A stretch of 64,000 nt of DNA from a virus. The stretch spans positions 2,479 through 66,478 of IMG/VR virus record IMGVR_UViG_3300042450_000503. The stretch is one strand, 5' to 3'. Made by a program: the position numbers and the translations under genes. Positions 38,012 to 46,236 of the stretch are shown piece after piece (within the stretch, counting starts at the first letter, position 1; every line of letters starts with the position of its first letter). The notes beneath the pieces were generated by a model. That model did not search any database. It was not told the DNA's origin and worked only from the letters and a program-made list of their open reading frames with translations.

Positions 38012-38082
38012 TGTCTTATGGTGTAACGGTAGCACTAATCACTTTGACTGATTCAGTTTAGGTTCGAATCCTTATAAGACAA
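38012..38082 (+). tRNA. tRNA-Gln(TTG)
   Basis: Acceptor TGTCTTA/TAAGACA, anticodon arm AATCA-CTTTGAC-TGATT, T loop GGTTCGAATCC. Confidence 0.9.
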
Positions 38083-38104
38083 CTAACAATTAAATTTAAT
38101 AACT

Positions 38105-38341
38105 ATGACTAATGTAAACTTAGTGGAAACACTAACGGTTGATAGTAGCGCTATCTTTGAAGTTGCTTACTATCCTAATGTCGAAAGACTATTTGTACTG
38201 TTTAAAAACGGTAAAGAGTATGAGTACTTCAATGTGCCAACTCACGTAATGAATGGTTTAAGAGAAGCCTCATCTAAAGGTAAATTCTTAAACAAATATA
38301 TCTTAGCTTTCTACAGATTTAAGAAAGTTATTACGGTATAA
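38105..38341 (+). CDS. KTSC domain protein
   Basis: 78 aa; VDSSAIFEVAY...LFKNGKEYEYFNVP...ASSKGKFLN. Confidence 0.9.
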   Translation: MTNVNLVETLTVDSSAIFEVAYYPNVERLFVLFKNGKEYEYFNVPTHVMNGLREASSKGKFLNKYILAFYRFKKVITV

Positions 38342-38344
38342 TTG

Positions 38345-39080
38345 CTATACACGGTTGTCCTGCTGATCCGATCGGTAAGGTAGCGTAGAGGCCGTGTTAT
38401 TTACAATTGTCTCACATGAGTGGTATAGAGGTTGTAACGCAGGAAACAGTGCGTAATGCTGAATGCGGGATTGGGGTGACCCCGGTCGCGACTCAGGGAG
38501 CAGTGAGTTCGTTAAATAAGAACTGTTCAAAATGTTAATCACTCGGGGTTGTGTGAAGTTATACCAGGCTTAGCTAGCTGGTTGCAACCGAAATATGGGA
38601 TAAAGAAAATAACCGGTCCTCGGATTAACAAAGAACTAAGTGCTGGGCTAAATGGATCTGTTTCAGTCTCCGGGCATTGTCACGGCCGACGGGTTAAGGG
38701 GTTCGATTCCCCTTTTAGTTCCTAATAGCTAAGCTGTGTAAAGCACCAGATCTGATAAACTGTGTGAAGCTATAGGTTAAACATTGAATACCTTATCACG
38801 GCGGGAATCTATTGAGGAACGGGTGATAAAAGATACTATCAGTAATGGTAGATGTGTTGTTCCCTTGAGAAAGGAATACAGGTGGGTAGATGAAATAAGC
38901 TATCAGAACTGCAGATAAAGATGCGGACTGCACAACACAAATGAGTTCTCAGCAAGTAGTTAAAGAACCGTTGTATTACACCTTAATTGGTAGTAATCAA
39001 CAAACGTCATATTAACTACGCGACCCTAATCATTAAGTGAGCAGCGAGGGCTAACTTGCAAGGCTATAATGATGGGTGCT
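38345..39080 (+). ncRNA. Large structured non-coding RNA candidate with embedded tRNA-like domain
   Basis: ~740 nt without a credible ORF, GC-richer than flanks, more than 10 helices, GNRA loops, T-loop GTTCGATTC. Confidence 0.65.
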
Positions 39081-39096
39081 AAAAAAATTAAATATT

Positions 39097-39249
39097 ATGA
39101 GCAGAACAGTAAAACAAGCGTATAGAAAATCAAGAGTATTTGATAAAACATGCAGAAATAATGGAGCATGCTCTTATTGTAGAGACAATCGTTTACATAA
39201 GCATAATAAGAAATTAATTGCTTACAGTCTTGATACGATTAAAGAATGA
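39097..39249 (+). CDS. Small basic Cys-containing protein (50 aa)
   Basis: MSRTVKQAYRKSRVFDKTCRNNGACSYCRDNRLHKH... Confidence 0.6.
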   Translation: MSRTVKQAYRKSRVFDKTCRNNGACSYCRDNRLHKHNKKLIAYSLDTIKE

Positions 39250-39264
39250 TAATATAATTGTAAA
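39223..39264 (+). promoter_or_regulatory. Early promoter-like motif P12
   Basis: TACAGTCTTGATACGA-N8-TGATAATATAATTGTAAA. Confidence 0.8.
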
Positions 39265-39273
39265 ACAACAAAT

Positions 39274-39855
39274 ATGAAAGAATTAACAACTAAACAATTA
39301 GCGGAAGTAAATAAAAATTTAGATAATTACTTCTCATTAGCAACCGACAAAGATATTGATAACGGTATTGCGTGGTATAAGCAAGCACATTATATATGTA
39401 AAGATCTTGCTGAGCGGTATAATACTAAGCTAGAAACTGTTGCAAGTATCATTAGTGCATTGTCACCACGTAATCGTTGGCCACAAAATATCAAAGATAC
39501 CAAAACGGTACTTGATGCTATACACGCTGGCCTCGAGCCTGATCAAGTTAAAGTGTGTACGTTCAACCGAAACAAAGAAAAAGCTTTCTTATTGGGTAAA
39601 GAACAAACGTCTATTACTGATAAAAGTTTAAAAACATTCAGTTTTGTTAACAATATTGCAAAATTAGATAATAATTATATTACAGTTGATGTGTGGCATT
39701 TGCGTGCTTGTTTTGGTAAAACTATAACAACTAATCCAAGCAGAAAAGCCTATGATCAAATAAGATTATTAACAATCGAAAAAGCTAAACAACGAGGCTT
39801 AAACGGTTACGAGTACCAAGCTATAGTGTGGAACGCAGTAAAAAACAATTTTTAA
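39274..39855 (+). CDS. Phage protein with HhH-glycosylase-like pattern (DUF7178-like)
   Basis: 193 aa; WY, ISALSPRNRW, KTFSF, ITVDVWHLRA, QAIVW. Confidence 0.6.
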   Translation: MKELTTKQLAEVNKNLDNYFSLATDKDIDNGIAWYKQAHYICKDLAERYNTKLETVASIISALSPRNRWPQNIKDTKTVLDAIHAGLEPDQVKVCTFNRNKEKAFLLGKEQTSITDKSLKTFSFVNNIAKLDNNYITVDVWHLRACFGKTITTNPSRKAYDQIRLLTIEKAKQRGLNGYEYQAIVWNAVKNNF

Positions 39856-39857
39856 TT

Positions 39858-40019
39858 ATGACAGCAAAAGAAAAAGCAAAAGAACTTATAGAAAAAATGA
39901 GTTCTAAAAATCGTAAATTTAATGCAATATCTTGTGCATTAATAACCGCGGATGAAGCGGCTAAAATTACAGGTAGTAGATACTGGTATGATGTTCAACG
40001 AGAAATACAAAAACTATGA
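39858..40019 (+). CDS. Hypothetical protein
   Basis: MTAKEKAKELIEK...YWYDVQREIQKL; ATG start preferred to the upstream GTG of the ORF track. Confidence 0.6.
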   Translation: MTAKEKAKELIEKMSSKNRKFNAISCALITADEAAKITGSRYWYDVQREIQKL

Positions 40020-40489
40020 ATATATTCTATTTAGATAAAGACCCGGATAAAGCAGCTACAATGATGTATAACAAGCATGTTGTAAAAATGATCCTCGAAT
40101 CTGCGCAATTATTATGTACCGCGCATATTATGTTAGATGGTGATGATGCAGACGTACCATATAAAATGACTCACAAAAATCACCCGTCAGCAATATGGGC
40201 GCGAGAGTCTGCTGACAATTATGCGTGGCTGTACTTTCATATGTTAGCGCTTGGCGAAGAATATACTAAACGTTATGGTAAAAAACATTTAACTATAACA
40301 AAATGCGAAGAATGTTTAGGCAATATACCGGGCGGCATGTTAAACTTAGGTTCAACTCCAATGCCTCAATGTATGCCTGATGAATACAAAGTTCCTGGCG
40401 ATAGCGTAACCGCTTACTGGAATTATTACGAAGCTGAAAAAGTAAAAATACGAAATAGTAACGAAGAAATAAGAACACGACCTAACTAA
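40016..40489 (+). CDS. Pyrimidine-dimer DNA glycosylase (endonuclease V family)
   Basis: 157 aa; MNIFYLD, HVVKMILESAQLLCTAH, THKNHPS, PQCMPDEYK. Confidence 0.8.
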   Translation: MNIFYLDKDPDKAATMMYNKHVVKMILESAQLLCTAHIMLDGDDADVPYKMTHKNHPSAIWARESADNYAWLYFHMLALGEEYTKRYGKKHLTITKCEECLGNIPGGMLNLGSTPMPQCMPDEYKVPGDSVTAYWNYYEAEKVKIRNSNEEIRTRPN

Positions 40490-40490
40490 T

Positions 40491-40733
40491 ATGAAAGCAA
40501 CAATTAAATTTAAGTTACCAGAAGATAACATGGAATTTGCTATACACAATATGGCTCAAGACATGGCCGGTTTACTATGGGAATTAACTCATAATGTAAA
40601 GAAAAAATGCGAGTGGGCAGCCGATCAAGTTGATCCTATCAATGCTAATATCTATGACGGAATAGATATAGTGTTTGAAAAAATAACAGAATTATTAAAT
40701 GATTATAATATTGACTCAGATAAATTAGGATAA
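40491..40733 (+). CDS. Hypothetical protein
   Basis: 80 aa; MKATIKFKLPED. Confidence 0.7.
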   Translation: MKATIKFKLPEDNMEFAIHNMAQDMAGLLWELTHNVKKKCEWAADQVDPINANIYDGIDIVFEKITELLNDYNIDSDKLG

Positions 40734-40933
40734 TGATGGAAAAAGACATAAAAGAACGAGCAAGTGATAAAATATATTCTATATACATGGGATTAATGCG
40801 AGAATCGCTAAACCCCGATTTATTCTGGAGCATTGATAAAGATCGAGCAAAAGAATTAATGGTAGCGCAAAACAGAGAGATACAAGTATATAGTTATATA
40901 TTAAGTTTAATAGAAAAAGATAATAAATTATGA
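40733..40933 (+). CDS. Hypothetical protein
   Basis: 66 aa. Confidence 0.6.
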   Translation: MMEKDIKERASDKIYSIYMGLMRESLNPDLFWSIDKDRAKELMVAQNREIQVYSYILSLIEKDNKL

Positions 40934-41607
40934 AAATATGGCATATATCAGATACTCATACGTATCACGACTTATTAACTATACCTAAAGGTATTGATAT
41001 GGTAATACATTCTGGCGATTGTAGTAATCCTAGAGATCCATATAACAATGAACCTGAAGTTAAAGAGTTTATTCATTGGTACAAATCATTACCTATTGAG
41101 CATAAGATTTATGTAGCAGGTAATCATGATACCTCTATTGAAAAAGGCTTAGTTAAAAAAATAGATTTTTCTGGGTACAACATACATTACTTAGAGAATG
41201 ACTATATAGATATTGACGGCATTAAAATATTTGGGTCACCCCATACGCCCCAGTTTGGCCAATGGGCATTTATGAAAGATCGCAATAAACTAGATCGATT
41301 CTGGCGCAATGCTATACACGAACCTTGCGACATTATTGTTACGCACGGGCCGCCTAAAGGCATTTTAGACAAGTCTTTTGATCGTCTTAATAATATGGAA
41401 CCCTGTGGAGATAAGTCTTTATTAAATGTAGTATTAGAGATGCAACCTGCATATCATTTGTTTGGTCACATACACAACTGCAAAGATATTATTAATGCGG
41501 GAATGTTAAAACTAAGCGCATACGACACGTGGTTTAGTAATGGATCAGTAGTAACTGATGGCAAATTTGGAAAATTAACTAGTAATGGTAATATATTTGA
41601 AATATGA
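40930..41607 (+). CDS. Calcineurin-like metallophosphoesterase
   Basis: 225 aa; SDTH, HSGD, AGNHD, THGPP, FGHIH. Confidence 0.9.
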   Translation: MKIWHISDTHTYHDLLTIPKGIDMVIHSGDCSNPRDPYNNEPEVKEFIHWYKSLPIEHKIYVAGNHDTSIEKGLVKKIDFSGYNIHYLENDYIDIDGIKIFGSPHTPQFGQWAFMKDRNKLDRFWRNAIHEPCDIIVTHGPPKGILDKSFDRLNNMEPCGDKSLLNVVLEMQPAYHLFGHIHNCKDIINAGMLKLSAYDTWFSNGSVVTDGKFGKLTSNGNIFEI

Positions 41608-41849
41608 AAGAAGAAACTAAATGTTATTGCGGCCATACTACATATTGCGATTGTGGACCTGAAACACTTGAAGAAGCATCTAAAAGAGCACTTAAAAGTG
41701 GTCTGTTTAAAGATGAAACATTGTTTATTGCAGGTGTTAAATGGCAACAAGAACAGATAGGTAAGTCAGAATTTCTACAAAAATTAAGAGCAACTTTATC
41801 TGATGCAGAAGCAAGAAGATTAATATTTGAAACATTTAAAAACAAATAA
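41604..41849 (+). CDS. Hypothetical protein
   Basis: 81 aa; CYCGHTTYCDC. Confidence 0.6.
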   Translation: MKEETKCYCGHTTYCDCGPETLEEASKRALKSGLFKDETLFIAGVKWQQEQIGKSEFLQKLRATLSDAEARRLIFETFKNK

Positions 41850-41947
41850 AATATGGAATTTTGGAAAATATGGTTGATAGCAATGCCTTTATGGGTTATT
41901 GCATTTAAATTACACGACATTTTGCAACAATTTAAAAAGAAATAATT

Positions 41948-42220
41948 ATGAGTACAACATTTGGAATACCTCAACGGCAGGTAGAATTAAGTAAATTAGT
42001 AGATGAAGATAACGAATTGCATGACTACATAGATACTTCATTCTTTGAAAAAGTGTTTTATAGAGGAGGTTACAGTAGATGGTTGAATCCATTATCAAGT
42101 AAATTATCTGATGATACTAGAATATTTCCTTTAGATAATTCGGCTCAAGGAATATATACAATAGGAGATGCAAGAAAATTTTTAAAAGAAAAAGAAAATG
42201 AAGCCAATTCACAAATTTAA
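41948..42220 (+). CDS. Hypothetical protein
   Basis: 90 aa. Confidence 0.65.
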   Translation: MSTTFGIPQRQVELSKLVDEDNELHDYIDTSFFEKVFYRGGYSRWLNPLSSKLSDDTRIFPLDNSAQGIYTIGDARKFLKEKENEANSQI

Positions 42221-42461
42221 TAACGGCAGAGGGGCAACTCTCTGTTATTTATGTAGAACAATTATTACTGTAGGTAAACCTACTAATGATTTGTATTGCG
42301 ATCGATGCCTAAGTGAAAGAAACCATACTGAGGCTGAGTTTCTAAGACTTAAAGCTAATTTAAAGAAAGCAGATGCTGTTAAAGCTAATTTTACTATGCA
42401 AGAATACTACGAGCAAATGGATAAAGAAGTTCATTTTAATCGTGGTAATCTAAATATATAG
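42198..42461 (+). CDS. Zinc-finger-like protein
   Basis: 87 aa; CYLC...CDRC. Confidence 0.65.
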   Translation: MKPIHKFNNGRGATLCYLCRTIITVGKPTNDLYCDRCLSERNHTEAEFLRLKANLKKADAVKANFTMQEYYEQMDKEVHFNRGNLNI

Positions 42462-42464
42462 ACT

Positions 42465-42506
42465 TACAGTCTTAATACGAAAAACAAATGATTATATTAA
42501 TATAAA
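42465..42506 (+). promoter_or_regulatory. Early promoter-like motif P13 (variant)
   Basis: TACAGTCTTAATACGA-N8-TGATTATATTAATATAA. Confidence 0.7.
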
Positions 42507-42529
42507 AAAAGGATTAGAACTAGAACAAT

Positions 42530-42577
42530 ATGTGACGTTAGGTCCTTAATATAATAAAATAGTAAGCTAATGTCCTA
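42530..42577. repeat. 48-bp inverted-repeat site, copy 3 (inverted relative to copy 1), overlapping start codon 42570
   Basis: Reverse complement TAGGACATTAGCTTACTATTTTATTATATTAAGGACCTAACGTCACA closely matches copy 1. Confidence 0.75.
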
Positions 42578-43190
42578 TGATAGAAATTTAGAATACTTAA
42601 ACAAAAAAAGAGTGATATACAGACGTGGCCCTATTAATGATAAACCAACACAACAATATGAGTGGGGTTCTTTTTATGAATCAGGTACTACTGAATGTTA
42701 TGAATTGTTTAGAAGTAAAGCAAAGATACCTACATACAAGTCTCTTAAATGGCATTTATATGTACTTTGGTATCTGAATCCTTCTTTAGATCAAAATGAA
42801 TTTGAATCTATAGTTAGGCATGTATGTAATAAAAAAAACGGCTTTATAACATTTAATGTTAGTGAGCAATTATTACAGAGCATGATGTATGATGTGTCTT
42901 TAAAAGACCTTGATGAACCTCCTTATAATAAAACTCGCAAGATTATATTTAAGGATAACAGTGGATTAACATTAAATGAAAAGTTATCCATTGTAGGACA
43001 AATGATTGGTAAAACTAAAAAAGTTACCGAGTCTGATATTTACGATGCAATGCTATACACCCATGATCTAAATATAAAAATTACAATTAAAAAATTAGCT
43101 GATCACTTTGGTTGCTCAAGCAGAACCATACATCGCAATATGGGTAATGAACTTAAAAAAGAAAAAGAATTATTAAATCAATCATTATGA
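42570..43190 (+). CDS. Protein with C-terminal HTH (regulator or replication initiator)
   Basis: 206 aa; ITIKKLADHFGCSSRTIHRNM. Confidence 0.7.
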   Translation: MSYDRNLEYLNKKRVIYRRGPINDKPTQQYEWGSFYESGTTECYELFRSKAKIPTYKSLKWHLYVLWYLNPSLDQNEFESIVRHVCNKKNGFITFNVSEQLLQSMMYDVSLKDLDEPPYNKTRKIIFKDNSGLTLNEKLSIVGQMIGKTKKVTESDIYDAMLYTHDLNIKITIKKLADHFGCSSRTIHRNMGNELKKEKELLNQSL

Positions 43191-43357
43191 AAGAAATAGA
43201 TGAAACAAAAATAAACAGAATAGAAGTAATAAACCACGCAAAGAATGATATGGCTATTGGTCGTTTATTAACTTTATACAAAGAACTTGACGCTTTTAAT
43301 ACTGTAGAACTATCTATACAAGATGGAGGCAGAACCCTTAAAATATTTTTACAATAA
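43187..43357 (+). CDS. Small hypothetical protein (56 aa)
   Basis: MKEIDETKINRIEVINH...ELSIQDGGRTLKIFLQ. Confidence 0.6.
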   Translation: MKEIDETKINRIEVINHAKNDMAIGRLLTLYKELDAFNTVELSIQDGGRTLKIFLQ

Positions 43358-43530
43358 TGAAAGATCAATATATAATAATAGACCTTAGAAATATGGATTA
43401 TTTTAAGGATTTAGAAAATAATTTAAAATATTTTGATACAGAAGAAGAAGCTTGTCTTACAGCAGGCATTTACGAAGTTGAGGATGCTTGGGTAATGAAA
43501 TTAATTTATAATCACATAGAACAAGAATAA
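43357..43530 (+). CDS. Small hypothetical protein (57 aa)
   Basis: MKDQYIIIDLRNMDYF...; TAATG coupling. Confidence 0.6.
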   Translation: MKDQYIIIDLRNMDYFKDLENNLKYFDTEEEACLTAGIYEVEDAWVMKLIYNHIEQE

Positions 43531-43531
43531 T

Positions 43532-44299
43532 ATGAAAAGTTATAACATACAAAATTACATAAGGTATAAAGAAGACATTCAGCAATTTAATAAAGATAAT
43601 GTTAAGCAAGATTATAGCTTATATTCTAGGGATAAATTGATTGTTTTATTTTTACCATTAGTTGATAGCATCGCTAAAAAGTTTTCTACAACTACCCAAG
43701 CATGCGGAGTATTAGATATTACAGATCTTATACAAAGCGGTTCAATTGGCCTTGTTCAAGCTATTGATAGAATAGATTGGGACACAATTAAATACAGTAC
43801 AAATCAAGAAACTACAATTAAATCTTTTTTATCTAAAAGAATTAAAGGAGCAATACGCCGAACTATAGATATTAATCGAGGTAGCATAAAGATACCAGAA
43901 TATAAATTATTAGAGATCAGAAAAAACAGTGAGAACGATCATACGTTAGTTGCAATGTTTTTTAATTCTATATTCTTAAGTATTGATGAGCAAATGAATG
44001 ACGATGAAGATGATCTATTTATGGTATATCAAATTCCAGATCAATCAGAGTTTTATAATATAGAACTAATGAACGCTTATTTAATTAGTCTGCTTAAGAA
44101 ACATCTTAATGAAAGAGAGTATGAGGTATTAAGATTAAGTTATGGATTAGACTGTGATAAACATTCAGCAAATGACATTGCGGATAAATTAGGCATTGAA
44201 GGAGCAAGCGCCTATGTAAGAATTTCAGAGATAAAAAAGCAAGCAATCAAAAAGTTAGTTGACAACGTAGATTCCTCGCAAGTCCTTGATTTCCTATAA
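43532..44299 (+). CDS. Sigma-70 family RNA polymerase sigma factor
   Basis: 255 aa; region 2 LPLVDSIAKKF...DLIQSGSIGLVQAIDR...RIKGAIRR; region 4 LNEREYEVLRLSYGL...IADKLGI...RISEIKKQAIKKL. Confidence 0.85.
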   Translation: MKSYNIQNYIRYKEDIQQFNKDNVKQDYSLYSRDKLIVLFLPLVDSIAKKFSTTTQACGVLDITDLIQSGSIGLVQAIDRIDWDTIKYSTNQETTIKSFLSKRIKGAIRRTIDINRGSIKIPEYKLLEIRKNSENDHTLVAMFFNSIFLSIDEQMNDDEDDLFMVYQIPDQSEFYNIELMNAYLISLLKKHLNEREYEVLRLSYGLDCDKHSANDIADKLGIEGASAYVRISEIKKQAIKKLVDNVDSSQVLDFL

Positions 44300-44345
44300 G
44301 TTAAACTAAAAAATGTTAGCTAAAATAGACTAAATAGTTAACATA

Positions 44346-44360
44346 ATACGTAATTATATA
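44346..44360 (+). promoter_or_regulatory. Second-class promoter candidate ATACGTAATTATATA
   Basis: Same core as motifs upstream of late genes; precedes ERF. Confidence 0.45.
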
Positions 44361-44392
44361 AATAAGAATACTAACTAAATAAATTAAATTAT

Positions 44393-44974
44393 ATGGCAAC
44401 AAAAAAAGAAGAAAATGTACAAGAAACTCTAGAGAGAGATTTCACGCTTAACGAAAAGTTAGCAATAATACAAACAGAGTTTAAATCTAAAAAGTCTAGA
44501 TTCAATTCGTTTGGTAAGTATAACTTTAGATCGGCTGAAGATATTCTTGAAGCAACGAAACCGTTTTTATTACGACTTGGTGTAACAGTTACGGTCATAG
44601 AAGAACTTGTAACATCAAATCAAGGCTTCCCCATCTTAAAGTCTATTGCAACAATTTCCGATGGAGATGGTGCTTTACATGCAGTAGCAATCGTTGGGGT
44701 TGATCTTGATCAGAAAGGTATGCAAATGCCTCAGAAGTTTGGATCAGCATCAAGTTACGGTAAGAAATATGCATTAGGTAATCTATTCTTAATTGATGAT
44801 ACTCAAGATGCAGATCATGGTAAAGCGGAACCCGTTGCTAAAGCAAAGCTTGACGTAAGCGATGCGGCTTTTGAAAAAGCTTCACAGTTTATTAAAACAG
44901 GTGGCAAGATAGAAACTATTAAAGCAAAGTATGATTTGACTAAAGAAGCAGAGCTAATTCTATATAATCTTTAA
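44393..44974 (+). CDS. ERF family single-strand annealing protein
   Basis: 193 aa; NSFGKYNFRSAEDI, QKFGSASSYGKKYALGNLF. Confidence 0.9.
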   Translation: MATKKEENVQETLERDFTLNEKLAIIQTEFKSKKSRFNSFGKYNFRSAEDILEATKPFLLRLGVTVTVIEELVTSNQGFPILKSIATISDGDGALHAVAIVGVDLDQKGMQMPQKFGSASSYGKKYALGNLFLIDDTQDADHGKAEPVAKAKLDVSDAAFEKASQFIKTGGKIETIKAKYDLTKEAELILYNL

Positions 44975-44975
44975 T

Positions 44976-45710
44976 ATGACTAAAGAAGAAATAATAGAAA
45001 AATTAAAAAATGACGAGCATTATTATGGTGAGTTTGGAAAAAACTTTTTAAGTAATTCAAATATATCTGCATTACTTACAAACCCATTATTAATGAATGC
45101 TCCTCAAGATCCTAATCCCAATTTTGTTATTGGCGGTTACTTTCATACGGCTATATTAGAGCCTGACAAATTGCATAAGTACAAAATTATAGAAGCCACT
45201 ACTAGAAATACTAATAAGTATAAAGAATTATCTGAAGGCGAAATTTGTTTACTACAGCATGAAGCAGATCGAATAGAGTTAATGAAAGATACAATGCTAG
45301 CGAACGAAGTTTGTAATGGATTAATACGGGGTTTCAATGTTGAATATGAAACTCCAGGCATTGTTGAATTATTTGGCACAATGTGGAAAGGCAAAGCTGA
45401 TATTATAAATCATGACGAAGGTTTAATTATAGACCTTAAAACAACATCAGACTTAAGTTCATTTCCATATTCTGCAAAAAAATATAACTATGATAGTCAA
45501 GCTTACATTTATAAGAAGCTATTTGATTATGATATGATATTTATGGCAATCGATAAAACAACACATCAAATCGGTATATTTGATTGTTCAGATAACTTTC
45601 TAGCAAATGGTGAAGATAAAGTTAGGAAAGCAGTTGAAGCATACGATTTATTTTTTAAAACTGAGGACTTTGATCCCAAACAATTTTTAATAACAAAAAC
45701 CCTTAACTAA
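44976..45710 (+). CDS. PD-(D/E)XK exonuclease (RecE/DUF3799-like)
   Basis: 244 aa; GGYFHTAILEP, KGKADI, IDLKTT, YDSQAYIY. Confidence 0.85.
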   Translation: MTKEEIIEKLKNDEHYYGEFGKNFLSNSNISALLTNPLLMNAPQDPNPNFVIGGYFHTAILEPDKLHKYKIIEATTRNTNKYKELSEGEICLLQHEADRIELMKDTMLANEVCNGLIRGFNVEYETPGIVELFGTMWKGKADIINHDEGLIIDLKTTSDLSSFPYSAKKYNYDSQAYIYKKLFDYDMIFMAIDKTTHQIGIFDCSDNFLANGEDKVRKAVEAYDLFFKTEDFDPKQFLITKTLN

Positions 45711-45727
45711 AAACAAAAACGAGAATT

Positions 45728-46042
45728 ATGGCAAGTATTATTAAAGCAAGTATTAACTTAAATGAAATTCCAAAGAACAAGATTATAGAAGGCAAGAAAG
45801 GTAAGTATCTTCCTATAACTATAACAATTAATGACGAAGTAGATCAATTTGGTAACCAAGGACCTGTAATGGTCGAGCAGTCTAAAGAAGAACGTGAATC
45901 TAAAGCAACTAAAATTTACCTTGGAAATGTTAAAGTGGTATGGACGAATGGCGACAACGTTGCTGTTGCACCCAGAACTGATGGTCAATCTGCTCCGGCA
46001 CAAAGAGCGCCAGCAGCGGTAGAAGATGATCTACCTTTTTAA
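45728..46042 (+). CDS. Putative single-stranded DNA-binding protein
   Basis: 104 aa; acidic tail EDDLPF; replication context. Confidence 0.7.
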   Translation: MASIIKASINLNEIPKNKIIEGKKGKYLPITITINDEVDQFGNQGPVMVEQSKEERESKATKIYLGNVKVVWTNGDNVAVAPRTDGQSAPAQRAPAAVEDDLPF

Positions 46043-46044
46043 AG

Positions 46045-46182
46045 TATAAAGCAGGATGAAGTCTGGACAGCTTTATAACAAGTGGCGTTAGGAGGCACCA
46101 CTGCAGAGGTTACAAATAAGAATCTCCTTTTATATAGTGTGGTTGCAACCTTTCGAGCCCAACTGCCCTATAGCACACTGTA
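46045..46182 (+). ncRNA. Candidate structured RNA between SSB and primase-helicase
   Basis: Four consecutive hairpins in ORF-free DNA. Confidence 0.35.
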
Positions 46183-46189
46183 GTTAGTT

Positions 46190-46212
46190 AAACCCCATTA
46201 ATTGGGGTTTTT
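46190..46212 (+). terminator. Rho-independent terminator
   Basis: AAACCCCA-TTAAT-TGGGGTTT followed by TT. Confidence 0.7.
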
Positions 46213-46236
46213 CTATCTACAAAAAGTAATGAGCCT

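Noticed and set aside
30599-38082. tRNA genes as prophage attachment sites
   Set aside because: No integrase or host genes and no duplicated tRNA 3' ends; phage genes continue on both sides
38345-38542. Minus-strand 65-aa ORF in the structured region
   Set aside because: Antisense to the whole unit and overlapping predicted RNA helices; likely a chance ORF in GC-richer DNA
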